From Firmicutes bacterium UBA4882 (lineage in GTDB: Bacteria; Bacillota; UBA4882), in the NCBI GenBank assembly GCA_002399265.1, contig DHDG01000031.1, positions 1-63,730 of the forward strand: 63,730 nt of DNA, read 5' to 3'. The notes under the pieces are model-generated. The model worked only from the letters and a program-made list of their open reading frames with translations, was not told where the DNA came from and made no database searches. A program made the translations under genes and the position numbers. Below are positions 45,966 through 57,037 of this stretch, in pieces (position 1 is the stretch's first letter; each line of letters opens with the position of its first letter).

Positions 45966-46883
45966 TTGGTGCAGGGTTTCTTTAATATTAACAAGTCTGC
46001 CGGAATGACCTCGCATGATGTAGTGTCAGTCATCCGGCGCATCGTGCAGATCAAAAGAGTTGGTCACGGTGGAACGCTTGATCCCGACGCGCAGGGAGTA
46101 TTGGTGGTTGCGGTCGGTTCGGCGACCCGGGCACTGCAATACCTGGAGCAATGGCCTAAGATCTATTGCGCCCAGCTTGAATTGGGCAGCGCTACGGACA
46201 CTCAGGATAGCAGCGGCCAAAAGACAATGATTCGCGATTCTTTTAGTATTAGCCGTTCAGAATTGCAGTCAGTTTTAGACGGCTTTTTGGGCTGTACGGA
46301 GCAAATTCCACCCATGTATTCGGCGATTAAAATTGGCGGCCAAAAACTCTATGAAGCGGCCCGCAAAGGCATTAGCATTGAACGGAAACCCCGACCCATT
46401 AAAATAGACAGCATTGAGTTGTTGGATCAGACTGATGCTGATTATTTGGGACCCCGTGCCCGAATCAGCATTCGGGCAACTTGTTCTGCCGGTACTTACA
46501 TTAGAACGCTCTGCCATGATATTGGCATAAAACTTAATTGTTATGCCCACATGACGCATCTGGTCCGCGAACGTTCCGGGATCTTCCGGATTGCTGATGC
46601 CGTGCCGCTGGATTTGCTGCGTAACGCGCCCCAAAGCGCCGCCACGCATCTCATTGGCATTAATGAAGCGTTGGCCCACCTGCCTGCCGTCCGTGTGAAC
46701 GCAGACTTATCCAGGCGCGTCCTGTGCGGGAATACTGTACCAATCGACGAGCTTATCAATGGCCTATGCCGTTTGCAGGATGCGAACGGCATAATTCTGG
46801 CAGTCGCTGAAGGCCGAAGAATCGGACCAGACAGCGTTACAACAGCCAGTCCAATCTGTGTTTTTTCAGCTCCGGGGGAATGA
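45966..46883 (+). CDS. truB: tRNA pseudouridine(55) synthase
   Basis: Motifs GMTSHDVV, GHGGTLDPDAQGVL and YSAIKIGGQKLYE. Confidence 0.95.
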   Translation: MVQGFFNINKSAGMTSHDVVSVIRRIVQIKRVGHGGTLDPDAQGVLVVAVGSATRALQYLEQWPKIYCAQLELGSATDTQDSSGQKTMIRDSFSISRSELQSVLDGFLGCTEQIPPMYSAIKIGGQKLYEAARKGISIERKPRPIKIDSIELLDQTDADYLGPRARISIRATCSAGTYIRTLCHDIGIKLNCYAHMTHLVRERSGIFRIADAVPLDLLRNAPQSAATHLIGINEALAHLPAVRVNADLSRRVLCGNTVPIDELINGLCRLQDANGIILAVAEGRRIGPDSVTTASPICVFSAPGE

Positions 46884-46886
46884 ATT

Positions 46887-47837
46887 GTGGTGGATTATTT
46901 TACTTCATTTTATGATTTGCCAGAACCAGGCAGTGCAGTGGTTGCAATTGGAACCTTTGACGGCGTCCATCGCGGGCATGTCAATGTAATCCGGCAAGCT
47001 GTGCAAATTGCATCTGAAAAGACGGTGCCGTCTGTTATCGTTACTTTCATTAATCATCCTCAAGATATTACCAGCAGAAAGCGTTCTCCGCAGCTTCTGA
47101 CGACTGCTGACGAGAAAATCCAGCTAATTAAGGACTTAAACCCTGACATTCTCATGGCGATTCCTTTTAGTGCAGAGCTGGCCGGATTGCGGGCGGAAGA
47201 GTTTATCAGCGGCATTTTGAAAGCCAAAACCGGTGCTATCAATCTGGTTTTTGGCCAGAACTTTCATTTCGGGCATGATCGTCTCAATCCTGCGAGGCGG
47301 CCGGAAGTGCTACGCCAGCATGGCATTGAGCCGGTGATTATTGCCGATCTGGTAGAAAGTGATGGTAACATTATCAGCAGTACCGCGATCCGGGAATTAA
47401 TTGCCGCTGGTCGGATTGAAAGTGCTAATGTCATGCTGAACAGGCATTATGCCATAGATGGCAAAGTGGTCCAAGGATTTGGACGCGGTCACAAATTGGG
47501 TTACCCGACTGCCAACATCATTCCGCCGGTTGGGAAACTAATGCCACGCAGAGGAGTCTACTTGACCGAGGTAATCTGGGAAGACAAGCGCCGTCTTTCT
47601 GTCACGAATGTAGGTGTAAAACCTACTTTTGATGGGGCAGACTGTACCATAGAAATCTATCTGCCGAACTTTTCCGGAGATTTGTATGGCAGACAATTAC
47701 AGGTGCGGTTCGCTGCCTTTATCAGGCCGGAAGAAAAATTCAATAGTGCCGATGCCTTAACCCGTCAAATTAGTAGTGATCTCTGCGCCGCACGCGCAAA
47801 AGCTGCTCTCATTTACAATTCTGAGGTTTTGTGGTAG
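46887..47837 (+). CDS. ribF: Bifunctional riboflavin kinase / FMN adenylyltransferase
   Basis: Motifs GTFDGVHRGH, GFGRGHKLGYPTANI and IRPEEKF. Confidence 0.95.
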   Translation: MVDYFTSFYDLPEPGSAVVAIGTFDGVHRGHVNVIRQAVQIASEKTVPSVIVTFINHPQDITSRKRSPQLLTTADEKIQLIKDLNPDILMAIPFSAELAGLRAEEFISGILKAKTGAINLVFGQNFHFGHDRLNPARRPEVLRQHGIEPVIIADLVESDGNIISSTAIRELIAAGRIESANVMLNRHYAIDGKVVQGFGRGHKLGYPTANIIPPVGKLMPRRGVYLTEVIWEDKRRLSVTNVGVKPTFDGADCTIEIYLPNFSGDLYGRQLQVRFAAFIRPEEKFNSADALTRQISSDLCAARAKAALIYNSEVLW

Positions 47838-47913
47838 AATTATGCGAGTCAGCGATATCAACGTTCATCTTGGTTACCAGCGCCGCCGCTAAGGCGTTAG
47901 AATCGAAAGGGGC

Positions 47914-48198
47914 GTGCGAAAACTGGCTAATTCCTCCCTTACGACAGATGCGGATCTTTCCACTGTTGTGAATCGGATTACGCTCATTTGTATGAGCGAG
48001 GAATTTAGAAGACTCCAGGCTGAACTATGTCTGCAATTTGCGCGTTCCGGTGCTCCTGACGCTGAAACCCAAGCATTCCATGATGCCTTGTTTGCCTTAT
48101 TAAATGAATTTGAACAGAACAGTTCAAACGTCAACATCAACGGAATGGGCGGCGGAATTGGAAACGGAATGGACGGCGATGGCAAGGGCGGCCTCTGA
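47914..48198 (+). CDS. Hypothetical small protein with a helical N-terminal part and a Gly/Asn/Asp-rich tail
   Basis: 94-aa ORF co-oriented with the operon. Its stop lies 2 nt before the next ATG. The SD spacing for GTG 47914 is poor, and ATG 47992 (68 aa) is an alternative start. Confidence 0.45.
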   Translation: MRKLANSSLTTDADLSTVVNRITLICMSEEFRRLQAELCLQFARSGAPDAETQAFHDALFALLNEFEQNSSNVNINGMGGGIGNGMDGDGKGGL

Positions 48199-48200
48199 AG

Positions 48201-48422
48201 ATGCGCGTTATTGTAACCGAACATGCAGTCAAAAGGCTACGGGAGGAACGGCAAAGCGGAATTACGGTGGCGGAAATTATTAGCGCGGCTAGCCACATCC
48301 CCGGTCGCATTCCCACTGCCACCCGCTTTCGTGGATATATCTCCAGAAGTGGCAGAGTCTTTGATATTGTGGCAAAGGATTTGACGCATGGCCGACTGGT
48401 GATTACCGTAATCGGCAAATAG
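48201..48422 (+). CDS. DUF4258-like small protein (putative toxin-type domain)
   Basis: MRVIVTEHAVKRLREERQSGITVAEI...GRLVITVIGK fits my recollection of the DUF4258 pattern (I.T.HA..R..eRgIt..ei ... vvTVy). This was not verified by search. Confidence 0.5.
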   Translation: MRVIVTEHAVKRLREERQSGITVAEIISAASHIPGRIPTATRFRGYISRSGRVFDIVAKDLTHGRLVITVIGK

Positions 48423-48566
48423 CCTGATATATGTTTATTTTTAGCGGTTGCCTGCATAGCCAAAAGCTACCGGCCAACCGTTATTGAACCACTCGCTCGG
48501 AATACCGACACTCCTCGACGGCTTTCTGGGCATGTGGGGATAAATTGAAAGAGGAGGTGACAAAGT

Positions 48567-48833
48567 ATGATTCAACCCGAACAAAAGCAGCAGATTATCA
48601 ATGACCATCGTCGTCATGACAATGACACCGGTTCTCCTGAGGTTCAGATCGCAATTTTGACTGAAAGAATCAATGAACTTACTGAGCATCTGAAAATTCA
48701 CAAAAAGGACCATCACTCCAGAAGAGGGCTGCTCAAAATGGTTGGTAAGCGGCGCGGTTTGCTCAATTACCTGCAGCAAAAAGATATTGAGCGTTACCGT
48801 GCGATCGTAGCCCGTCTCGGATTGCGTAGGTAA
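48567..48833 (+). CDS. rpsO: 30S ribosomal protein S15
   Basis: Motifs [37 protein letters not shown]. Confidence 0.97.
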   Translation: MIQPEQKQQIINDHRRHDNDTGSPEVQIAILTERINELTEHLKIHKKDHHSRRGLLKMVGKRRGLLNYLQQKDIERYRAIVARLGLRR

Positions 48834-48846
48834 TTTGCGTTCAAAT

Positions 48847-48873
48847 AAAAGCGGTCAAACCGCTTTTATTTTT
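48847..48873 (+). terminator. Intrinsic terminator/attenuator between rpsO and pnp
   Basis: AAAAGCGGT-caa-ACCGCTTTT followed by ATTTTT. Confidence 0.85.
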
Positions 48874-48916
48874 GTCGAAGTGACACAATAAATACTGCAA
48901 AGGAGGTATTAATGTC

Positions 48917-51016
48917 ATGTCACAATGGCAGATGAATTTAGGCGGCAGGCCTTTGGTGATAGAAAACGGTAAGCTGGCAAAGCAAGCTAGTAATGCGGTT
49001 TTAGTACGCTACGGCGATACCGTGGTATTAGTGACAGCTACAATGGCAGCTCAGCCACGTCAGGGAATCGATTTCTTCCCGCTACTTGTTGATTATGAAG
49101 AAAGACTATACTCAGTGGGAAAGATTCCCGGAGGGTTCATTAAACGGGAAGGTCGCCCGGCAGAAAGTGCGACTTTGGCTGGTCGAGGCATTGATCGGGC
49201 CATCCGGCCGCTATTTCCGGAAGGATTCCGCAACGATGTGCAGGTTGTGGCCACCGTTCTCTCGGTGGACAAAGATAACGAGCCTGATATTGCAGCCATG
49301 ATTGGTGCCTCGGCGGCCCTAACACTTTCGGAGGTTCCGTTTTACGGTCCGATCGGTGGAGTGCACATCGGCAGAGTCGATGGCCAATTCATCATTAACC
49401 CGACGGTGAGTCAGGCGGCTGCCAGCGACATTGACCTGCTGGTTGCCGGCACCAAAGATGCCGTAATGATGGTGGAAGCCGGTGCCAAGGAAGTCTCCGA
49501 GCATGATATGCTGGAAGCGATCTTATTCGGGCACGAGGCTATTAAAGAAACTGTCGCTTTCCAGGAGAAAATGCAGGCCGAAGTCGGCAAAGAAAAATTC
49601 CAATTTGCTGTTACAGAAATTCCGGAGGAAATCGAGGCTTCTGTTCGTAAAAAGGCCACAGCCTTATTAGCAGCAGCCGTCCGCGGCAGTAATAAGCAGG
49701 ATCGGGAAGCGGCGATCGCTAAAGCCAAAGAAGATATCCTGCAGCAATTTGCGGAAGAGATGGCCGAAGACTTTACCACTAGTGAACCGCTGATCCGCGA
49801 TATGCTTGATAAGATCATCAAAGAAGAAGTCCGCAAAATGATTACCATTGAGCGTACCAGGCCGGATGGCAGAAAACTGGATGAAATTCGGAAAATCAGC
49901 TGTGAGGTAGGCATTCTGCCTCGCGTGCATGGCTCGGGACTGTTTACCCGCGGCCAGACACAGGTGCTTTCAGTCGCGACTCTGGGAGCGATCAGTGATG
50001 AACAAATCCTGGACGGAATTGGCGAAGCCGCGTCGAAACGCTATATCCATCATTACAATTTCCCCGCTTTCAGCGTTGGTGAAGTCCGGCCGATGCGTAG
50101 TCCAGGAAGACGGGAAATCGGACATGGCGCGCTGGCTGAAAAGGCGCTGCTACCGATGATTCCGCCAGAAGAAGAATTCCCGTACACCATTCGTGTGGTA
50201 TCCGAGGTTCTGGAATCCAACGGATCCACTTCGCAGGCTAGCATTTGTGGAAGCACATTGTCCCTGATGGACGCCGGTGTACCAATTAAAAAGCCGGTAG
50301 CCGGAGTAGCTATGGGACTTGTCAAATATGGTGATGACTTTGCGATCCTCACCGATATTCAGGGAATGGAAGATGCGCTTGGCGACATGGACTTCAAAGT
50401 CGCTGGGACAGACAGTGGCATTACAGCTATCCAAATGGATATCAAGGTGAAGGGTATTAATCGAGCCATTTTGGAGCAGGCTTTGGAACAAGCCAGACAG
50501 GGACGCCTTTTTATCCTGGAAAGGATGATGGAGACGATTTCCAAGCCGCGTGCTGACATTTCGCCATATGCGCCCAGAATGCTTACCATGGAGATTGATC
50601 CCGACAAAATCCGAGACGTCATTGGACCGGGTGGCAAAACCATCCGCAAGATCATTGATGAGACTGGTGTTACCATTGATATTCAGGATGATGGACGGGT
50701 CTTCATCGGGGCAGTCGATCGCACTGCCGGCGAAAACGCCATGAATATCATCAAGAGTCTCACCAAAGATCCGGAAGTCGGTGAAGTGTATGACGGTAAA
50801 GTGACCAGGCTGATGAATTTTGGCGCATTTGTAGAAATCCTTCCTGGCAAAGAAGGATTGGTGCACATTTCTCAGCTGGATCGGAACCGAGTGGAAAAGG
50901 TGGAAGATATCGTCAGGTCTGGTGACCCAATCCGGGTTAAGGTCATCGAAATTGACCGGCAGGGCCGAATTAACCTCTCCCGCAAAGCTTTGCTGGGTGA
51001 CGAACCTGCAAACTAA
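48917..51016 (+). CDS. pnp: Polyribonucleotide nucleotidyltransferase (PNPase)
   Basis: Two RNase PH domains, a KH domain ([11 protein letters not shown]) and an S1 domain ([19 protein letters not shown]). Confidence 0.97.
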   Translation: MSQWQMNLGGRPLVIENGKLAKQASNAVLVRYGDTVVLVTATMAAQPRQGIDFFPLLVDYEERLYSVGKIPGGFIKREGRPAESATLAGRGIDRAIRPLFPEGFRNDVQVVATVLSVDKDNEPDIAAMIGASAALTLSEVPFYGPIGGVHIGRVDGQFIINPTVSQAAASDIDLLVAGTKDAVMMVEAGAKEVSEHDMLEAILFGHEAIKETVAFQEKMQAEVGKEKFQFAVTEIPEEIEASVRKKATALLAAAVRGSNKQDREAAIAKAKEDILQQFAEEMAEDFTTSEPLIRDMLDKIIKEEVRKMITIERTRPDGRKLDEIRKISCEVGILPRVHGSGLFTRGQTQVLSVATLGAISDEQILDGIGEAASKRYIHHYNFPAFSVGEVRPMRSPGRREIGHGALAEKALLPMIPPEEEFPYTIRVVSEVLESNGSTSQASICGSTLSLMDAGVPIKKPVAGVAMGLVKYGDDFAILTDIQGMEDALGDMDFKVAGTDSGITAIQMDIKVKGINRAILEQALEQARQGRLFILERMMETISKPRADISPYAPRMLTMEIDPDKIRDVIGPGGKTIRKIIDETGVTIDIQDDGRVFIGAVDRTAGENAMNIIKSLTKDPEVGEVYDGKVTRLMNFGAFVEILPGKEGLVHISQLDRNRVEKVEDIVRSGDPIRVKVIEIDRQGRINLSRKALLGDEPAN

Positions 51017-51081
51017 GCAGCGCGAGAGCGTGTGCGCGACGAGCGCAACCCTTGAAAAACATAATCGCATTTTGTACGTGA

Positions 51082-51111
51082 AGCACTGGCATCGGCTGGT
51101 GCTTTTGTTTT
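51082..51111 (+). terminator. Possible terminator after pnp
   Basis: AGCACTGGC-atcg-GCTGGTGCT (two G-U pairs) followed by TTTGTTTTGG. Confidence 0.45.
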
Positions 51112-51220
51112 GGCAAGAAGGTATTTTCATAATTGCCACGGTTCTCCAAAACAGGTTTTGGAAGACTAATATTTCAAAGCGCATTGAACGAAACGATATA
51201 CAGGGAGGTGTGTTATTGAA

Positions 51221-51814
51221 ATGAACCGATATCAAGATTTGCGTTATTATGCCGGACGGATGACACAAAACTGGTTATTTAGCGGTGCCTTAGTTGGAAT
51301 GGCGGGAACAGCGCTAAAGTCGTTGTTGGATTCAGTGTTTGTTCGCGCAGGCTTTTCCAACCTCCGAAATTCGGAAATTGCGCGTCGGGCCGTTTTTGGA
51401 AAACCGCAGCTTTCTCCCAGAACGATTATGAACCCGCGTAAAGGTGCGGTTAAGCGTAATGTTGGCACGCTGGCGGCGGAGACAATCGTAGGGGCTTTAG
51501 TAGGTACAGGAATTGCAGCGGCCACAGCTGGCAAAAAGCCGCAACATGGGTTATTAGCCGGAGCAATTATGGGTGCGGGAGTAGGGATCCTGACCTTGGG
51601 AGTGGCCGGCATGCGCCGCACCGGTGTCTTCCAGCGCAATGCCCTGCGGACAGCTGGCAGCGTAATTCTTACGAACAGCATTGTGGGTGCTCTATCAGGA
51701 TTGACTCTGACAAAGGTTGCCAAACCATATGAATTTCCACGTTTGATTCCGAACGCAGCTAATATGCATCAGCAGCCGGATGCAAAGGAAGAAATACCCA
51801 CATTCGTACATTGA
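51221..51814 (+). CDS. Hypothetical protein with glycine-zipper-like membrane segments
   Basis: SD GGAGGTG plus ATG. Segments [14 protein letters not shown] and [17 protein letters not shown]. No family recognised. Confidence 0.65.
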   Translation: MNRYQDLRYYAGRMTQNWLFSGALVGMAGTALKSLLDSVFVRAGFSNLRNSEIARRAVFGKPQLSPRTIMNPRKGAVKRNVGTLAAETIVGALVGTGIAAATAGKKPQHGLLAGAIMGAGVGILTLGVAGMRRTGVFQRNALRTAGSVILTNSIVGALSGLTLTKVAKPYEFPRLIPNAANMHQQPDAKEEIPTFVH

Positions 51815-51876
51815 AGTGGCGTGAGTGTAATGACGCGGCCGGTATACCGGCCGCTACATGCGCCAATGGCATTTTT

Positions 51877-52617
51877 ATGGGAGGAAGATCGCAATTGACT
51901 CAGCCCGTGCATGGCAAAGAATACCAGGAAGATAAAAGGCAAGTTGCCAAGAATATACGCCAATTCGGCCAGACAGATGTTGCCGATCAGCAGCCGGAGA
52001 TTAGCATCCATACCATCAATATTATCGGACAAATTGAGGGTCATATGGTGCTGCCTCCCAAAAACAAAACCACCAAATATGAACACATTATTCCACAATT
52101 AGTGGCTGTTGAGCAAAATCCAAAAATCAAGGGACTGCTTGTCATCCTAAACACAGTGGGCGGCGATGTCGAGGCAGGGCTGGCCATTGCGGAGATGCTG
52201 GAAAGCATGCGTAAACCTACAGTTTCGTTGGTGTTGGGAGGCGGGCATTCGATCGGCCTTCCAATTGCGTTGGCATGTCGCTATTCAATCGCGGCCGAGA
52301 CCGCCACGATGACCATTCATCCCTTAAGGTTAAGTGGCGGTATGATCATCGGCATCCCGCAGACTTTTGAGTATATGGAGAAAATGCAGGATCGGATTGT
52401 GCGCTTCATCACCAGGCATTCCGCGATTTCGGAGCAGAGATATAAAGAGTTGATGTTTCGTACCGGAGACCTTGTCCGAGATGTCGGATCCATTCTGATG
52501 GGGCGTGAAGCTATGAACGAAGGCTTGATTAACGAAGTCGGGGGACTGGGCACCGCCGTCGCAAAGCTGGAAGAGCTAATCCGGTTAGCGGAGGAATCGC
52601 AAGGAGGATTACAATGA
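51877..52617 (+). CDS. tepA: ClpP-fold protein TepA (translocation-enhancing / SDH-type Clp-fold serine protease)
   Basis: [60 protein letters not shown] is close to my recollection of B. subtilis TepA. The start may be TTG 51895, 7 nt after GGAGGAAG. Confidence 0.85.
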   Translation: MGGRSQLTQPVHGKEYQEDKRQVAKNIRQFGQTDVADQQPEISIHTINIIGQIEGHMVLPPKNKTTKYEHIIPQLVAVEQNPKIKGLLVILNTVGGDVEAGLAIAEMLESMRKPTVSLVLGGGHSIGLPIALACRYSIAAETATMTIHPLRLSGGMIIGIPQTFEYMEKMQDRIVRFITRHSAISEQRYKELMFRTGDLVRDVGSILMGREAMNEGLINEVGGLGTAVAKLEELIRLAEESQGGLQ

Positions 52618-52820
52618 TTCTCTATACAATCGTCCCTTGGGAAGTGATCTTTCAGGATGAGGAGGAGATTCAGCCAACACACCTGATCAATGCCGCAGGG
52701 AGGACGTTTTCGGTGAGGAAAACAGCCGAAGGGGACGTCATTGAACGTCTTCATTCAACGGATCCCAATGATTTTCTCGATCAGCGCTGGAACCCCGGAA
52801 ACCTAATCCTGCGCGATTAA
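52614..52820 (+). CDS. ylzJ: YlzJ-like protein
   Basis: Starts [13 protein letters not shown]. It lies immediately after tepA, as in Bacillus. Confidence 0.75.
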   Translation: MILYTIVPWEVIFQDEEEIQPTHLINAAGRTFSVRKTAEGDVIERLHSTDPNDFLDQRWNPGNLILRD

Positions 52821-52878
52821 GTGAGAGCGGAATACCTGTCGCCTTTCCGCGTAGACTAGATCATGGCGGGGAGGTATT

Positions 52879-53820
52879 GTGATGCGGGCACTGCTGAGCT
52901 TTGTTTTTGGTGGTTTTCTTTTCTTTGCCGGCATGAAATTGCTGGTATGGTCTTTGCGCCAGTTCAGCGCTAACCGCATTACCAAACATTTATCCAAAGC
53001 CGCCGGTTCTTCCTGGCAGGCCATTTTGAGCGGGACAGTGGCGACCTGCCTGATGCAAAGCAGCAGTCTGATAACGTCCGTAACCGTTGGCATGGTTGAA
53101 GCAGGACTCTGTCCACTGACGAGTGCTATTTATATTACCATGGGAGCGAATCTTGGCAGTACTCTAATCCCGCAAATTTTGGCCAGTAATCTACCCCCGC
53201 TTGAAGTATTTTGTTTCATAACTGCTTTCATATTTGCGGTCTGCAAAAAGAAGCGCCTGGCCGCCCTTGCATCCAGTCTTGGTCTATTGATGGCTGGAAT
53301 GAAAATCATGTCTGTGGCAGCGGCCCCGATCGCGGAACACCCGCTTTTCAGAATCATGCTCATGGCGATGTGCGAAAAACCTTTGCTGGCCATCTTGTTT
53401 GGCGCAATGGGGGCTGCCGCGCTTCAAAGCAGCAGCCTGGTGGTAGCCACGCTGTTGGTAATGGTGCGCTTGCAGGTTGTGCCGCCAGTGATTGCCATTG
53501 CGGTCGCCTTAGGGAGCAATGTAGGGACGTGTGTTACTGCCATGCTGGCGGCGGTCGGCACCGGTAAAGCAGCCAAGACTGTAGCCATCTTTCATCTGGT
53601 TTATAACAGTGCGGGGGTAATACTGATCTATCCATGGCTGGAACCCTTTGCAGGTTTAATGGCATGGACTGCTGCCGATATTGCGCGTCAAGTAGCCAAC
53701 GCCCATACAGCTTTCAACCTCTTTTCCATTCTGGCTGCCTGGCCTTTTATTCCATTAATCTTTAATCCCAAAAAAGGTACATTGCAGGCTGTGGCGAACA
53801 ATATTGGATTGAAGCATTGA
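52879..53820 (+). CDS. Na/Pi-cotransporter family membrane protein (short form)
   Basis: Repeated QSSSLITS and QSSSLVVA motifs. LGANLGST and LGSNVGTC are typical of PF02690. Confidence 0.8.
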   Translation: MMRALLSFVFGGFLFFAGMKLLVWSLRQFSANRITKHLSKAAGSSWQAILSGTVATCLMQSSSLITSVTVGMVEAGLCPLTSAIYITMGANLGSTLIPQILASNLPPLEVFCFITAFIFAVCKKKRLAALASSLGLLMAGMKIMSVAAAPIAEHPLFRIMLMAMCEKPLLAILFGAMGAAALQSSSLVVATLLVMVRLQVVPPVIAIAVALGSNVGTCVTAMLAAVGTGKAAKTVAIFHLVYNSAGVILIYPWLEPFAGLMAWTAADIARQVANAHTAFNLFSILAAWPFIPLIFNPKKGTLQAVANNIGLKH

Positions 53821-53842
53821 AACATTTGTGGAGGCGAATCCG

Positions 53843-54652
53843 ATGGCTTGGTGGCACGCGCTTATTTTGGGGATAGTCCAAGGCTTGGCCGAATTTTTAC
53901 CCATCAGCAGTTCTGGACATTTGGTGATCTTTCGTTCGGTTTTTAGTCTTGATGAAATCGGCCTGGCTTTTGACACTTTGCTGCATCTAGGTACCTTGGC
54001 AGCAGTCCTGTTTTATTTCCGCAACGACATTATTCCTTTGCTCAAAGCATTTTTCTCATTAATCGGCAGAGTGTTTCGCAAGAACCAGAGCGCGTTGTCC
54101 GAGCACGAGCGTTTGGTCGGAATGGTCCTGATCGGAACGATTCCTGCTGGAGCAGCCGGCTTTTTCTTGGAGCCATTCTTGGCCGACCTGTTTAAAGCCC
54201 CCAAATTAGTAGGCTATGCGCTCTGGATTACCGCCGGAATCATGTGGTGGGCCCATTCCGGCGGAAATAAAAGCGGCACTACGGCTACCATGAACTGGCA
54301 GAAAGCGCTATTTATCGGAATTGCGCAGGCGATTGCAATTTTGCCGGGCATTTCGCGAGCCGGGATGACAATCTTTGCCGGGATTCTGATGGGGTTGAGC
54401 CGCGTCGAAGCGGCCAAATTTTCTTTTTTGTTGTCCATTCCAGTAATACTGGGCGCTGGTATTACTCAGGTGCCTGACTTGATTGCTTCCGCTGGCGGCA
54501 TTCAGGGCATTTATTTGCTGGGGATGGTCACGGCTGCGTTTTCGGGTTTTGCGGCAATCAAAGGAATGCTGCGTTATGTAAATAAAAAAGGTTATGCGGG
54601 ATTTGCCATATACTGCGCGATCGTTGGCACTCTTGTGGTGATTCTGTTTTAG
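53843..54652 (+). CDS. uppP: Undecaprenyl-diphosphate phosphatase
   Basis: Motifs QGLAEFLPISSSGHL and PGISRAG. ATG 53843 lies 7 nt after GTGGAGG. Confidence 0.93.
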   Translation: MAWWHALILGIVQGLAEFLPISSSGHLVIFRSVFSLDEIGLAFDTLLHLGTLAAVLFYFRNDIIPLLKAFFSLIGRVFRKNQSALSEHERLVGMVLIGTIPAGAAGFFLEPFLADLFKAPKLVGYALWITAGIMWWAHSGGNKSGTTATMNWQKALFIGIAQAIAILPGISRAGMTIFAGILMGLSRVEAAKFSFLLSIPVILGAGITQVPDLIASAGGIQGIYLLGMVTAAFSGFAAIKGMLRYVNKKGYAGFAIYCAIVGTLVVILF

Positions 54653-54795
54653 TCAAGGTCATGAATGCTACTGAGATTTCGATGCTCTTTGCCAGACAAG
54701 CCGCCCTAAACAGGCAGGAAAAGCTGACGTTCTTTAAGAATTAATATTAATGGAAAAACCTCTTTTGAACCTAAAAATAGAAGGTGCTGACAATC

Positions 54796-57018
54796 ATGCC
54801 CCGAGCAAAATCCACTCCTAAAGGCACAGCGGCAGATGAAACGGCTGCTGAAAGAAGATTTGAGATTCTGGGCGTTGTTATTCTTACGCTGAGCATTTTG
54901 ATTTTGCTGAGCCTGGTGTTAACTGACCCAGGCATGTTTGGCATAGTTGCCAGAGAAGCTCTTTGGTCATCTTTTGGCAAGATCGGTGCGTTTTTTATTC
55001 CCGCTGCGCTGGTGTATGTGGGATGGCAGCTTTTGTGGGGACAGCCTGACCGAAGTTTGGTGCGCAAAATGCTGGCTTTGCTACTTACGGGTCTTGTTTT
55101 TTGGGCGACAATCGCGTTTTTTGAAAATCCGGACTCTGCTACTGAAGCAACGAATTCGGGTTTTGTTGGTAGTAGTCTCTATCTGTTCAGCGCTTCTCTG
55201 CTATCCCGTATAGGAACTGCGGTGGCTTTGTTTGCTGCTGCATTAATAGCACTAATACTTTTGATGGATCAGTCTTTGGTAGCCTTGATCGGTTCCCTTC
55301 CACAGAGGGTTCGGAATTACGCTGATAAAATGGCTGCCGAACAGGGGTATTCTCCTTCAGGGCCAACTCTGAAAATCGGACAGCAACCTGTCAATTCTGC
55401 CAACAGTCGTGATCGGAACCATATCATCCGACAACTTGCTGAGGCCGGTAAAGAAAACGCTGGCGCTGACAGTGGGCCGTCTAGCAATTGGGAGAATCCG
55501 CAGCCGCCAAAATCGCAATTACAGCCGCCCAAATCACGTAATACAAATAAAGAGAACGACCGTTCAGCCAAGCCCAGTCAGCAGCTTCCGCTCAATATGA
55601 CGCCGGGACGTTATGCAATGCCCACTTTGGGTTTACTTGATCCAACAGTGATGCGGCCCAGGAAACCAGGCAAAGTGGCTGCCCAGGCAAAACAGCTGGA
55701 AGAAACATTGGCGAGCTTCGGCATTAGCGCCCGGGTAATAGAGATCCACTCCGGACCTGCCATTACCCGCTATGACATACAACCGGCAGCTGGGGTAAAA
55801 GTCAGCAAAATTGTGGCATTGGCCGATGATCTATCGTTGGCGCTGGCTGCCAGGGGATTGCGAATTGAAGCGCCAATTCCAGGTAAAGCAGCGGTCGGTA
55901 TTGAAGTACCGAACAATGAGATTGCAATTGTGACTATGCGGGAAGCTTTTGAAAGTCCCGAATTCCAAAACGCAACCGGACGGCTGAAAGTCGTGCTAGG
56001 TAAAGACATTGCCGGGGCAGCTGTTGTGACAGAACTGCCCAAATTGCCGCATTTGCTGGTAGCTGGCGCGACCGGGTCAGGTAAAAGCGTCTGTATCAAT
56101 ACCATCCTGGCAAGTATTCTATTCACATCCACGCCAGAACAAGTCAAACTCGTCCTGATTGATCCCAAGCGCGTGGAGCTTTCAACATACAATGACATAC
56201 CGCATCTGTTGGCACCGGTCGTAACAGAGCCCAAAAAAGCGGCTGCGGTGCTCAAATGCATCGTCAGTGAAATGGAGAATCGCTATAAGGTCTTTGCTGC
56301 GGCTGGCGCCCGTGACATTGAGCGCTATAATGCTATTGTAGCCCCCGAAGGCATTCTGCCGTCGATCGTGGTTGTCATTGATGAACTGGCCGATCTGATG
56401 ATGGTTGCTCCGGCGGATGTTGAGGATGCGATCTGCCGTTTGGCCCAAATGGCGCGGGCAACAGGAATCCATCTTGTCATTGCAACACAGAGGCCCTCCG
56501 TTGATGTAATTACCGGTCTGATTAAGGCTAATATTCCTTCCCGGATCGCTTTTGCGGTATCGTCGCAGATTGACTCCCGTACTATTCTGGACTCTGCCGG
56601 GGCGGAAAAGCTCCTTGGCCGTGGAGATATGCTTTTTGCGCCGGTCGGGATGCTAAAACCCTTACGTGTACAGGGAGCATACATCTCGGATCGCGAAATC
56701 GAACGACTCACCAATTACTGGAAAAACCAGGGCAAGCCGGATTATAACGAGAACTTGGTTAATGCCAAGGCCGAGGAACGCTCAGTCGAAGGTGAACTGG
56801 ACGAATTATTTTATGACGCAGTGCGCGTGGTAGTGGATGCTGGACAAGCTTCGGCTTCACTGCTGCAGCGAAAACTGCGAGTCGGTTACAGCAGGGCGGG
56901 ACGCTTGATTGACGAGATGGAGTCACGAGGCCTGATTGGTGCTGCCGATGGCAGCAAAGCACGTGAAGTCTATATTACCGGACGGCAGTTGGAGGAAATG
57001 ATTAGCCGGGGGAAATGA
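54796..57018 (+). CDS. ftsK: DNA translocase FtsK/SpoIIIE
   Basis: N-terminal TM segments, Walker [33 protein letters not shown], and a gamma winged-helix tail. Confidence 0.95.
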   Translation: MPRAKSTPKGTAADETAAERRFEILGVVILTLSILILLSLVLTDPGMFGIVAREALWSSFGKIGAFFIPAALVYVGWQLLWGQPDRSLVRKMLALLLTGLVFWATIAFFENPDSATEATNSGFVGSSLYLFSASLLSRIGTAVALFAAALIALILLMDQSLVALIGSLPQRVRNYADKMAAEQGYSPSGPTLKIGQQPVNSANSRDRNHIIRQLAEAGKENAGADSGPSSNWENPQPPKSQLQPPKSRNTNKENDRSAKPSQQLPLNMTPGRYAMPTLGLLDPTVMRPRKPGKVAAQAKQLEETLASFGISARVIEIHSGPAITRYDIQPAAGVKVSKIVALADDLSLALAARGLRIEAPIPGKAAVGIEVPNNEIAIVTMREAFESPEFQNATGRLKVVLGKDIAGAAVVTELPKLPHLLVAGATGSGKSVCINTILASILFTSTPEQVKLVLIDPKRVELSTYNDIPHLLAPVVTEPKKAAAVLKCIVSEMENRYKVFAAAGARDIERYNAIVAPEGILPSIVVVIDELADLMMVAPADVEDAICRLAQMARATGIHLVIATQRPSVDVITGLIKANIPSRIAFAVSSQIDSRTILDSAGAEKLLGRGDMLFAPVGMLKPLRVQGAYISDREIERLTNYWKNQGKPDYNENLVNAKAEERSVEGELDELFYDAVRVVVDAGQASASLLQRKLRVGYSRAGRLIDEMESRGLIGAADGSKAREVYITGRQLEEMISRGK

Positions 57019-57037
57019 GAGCGGAGGAAAAAAACAG

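Noticed and set aside
47842-47892. 16-codon ORF MRVSDINVHLGYQRRR right after ribF, sharing an MRV start with the DUF4258-like gene
   Set aside because: It has no SD. The similarity covers only three residues, and the ORF is too short to evaluate.
50150-51268. 372-aa ORF on the minus strand
   Set aside because: It is entirely antisense to the well-supported pnp gene and the downstream intergenic region. It has no SD and no recognisable motifs, which is typical of a shadow ORF.
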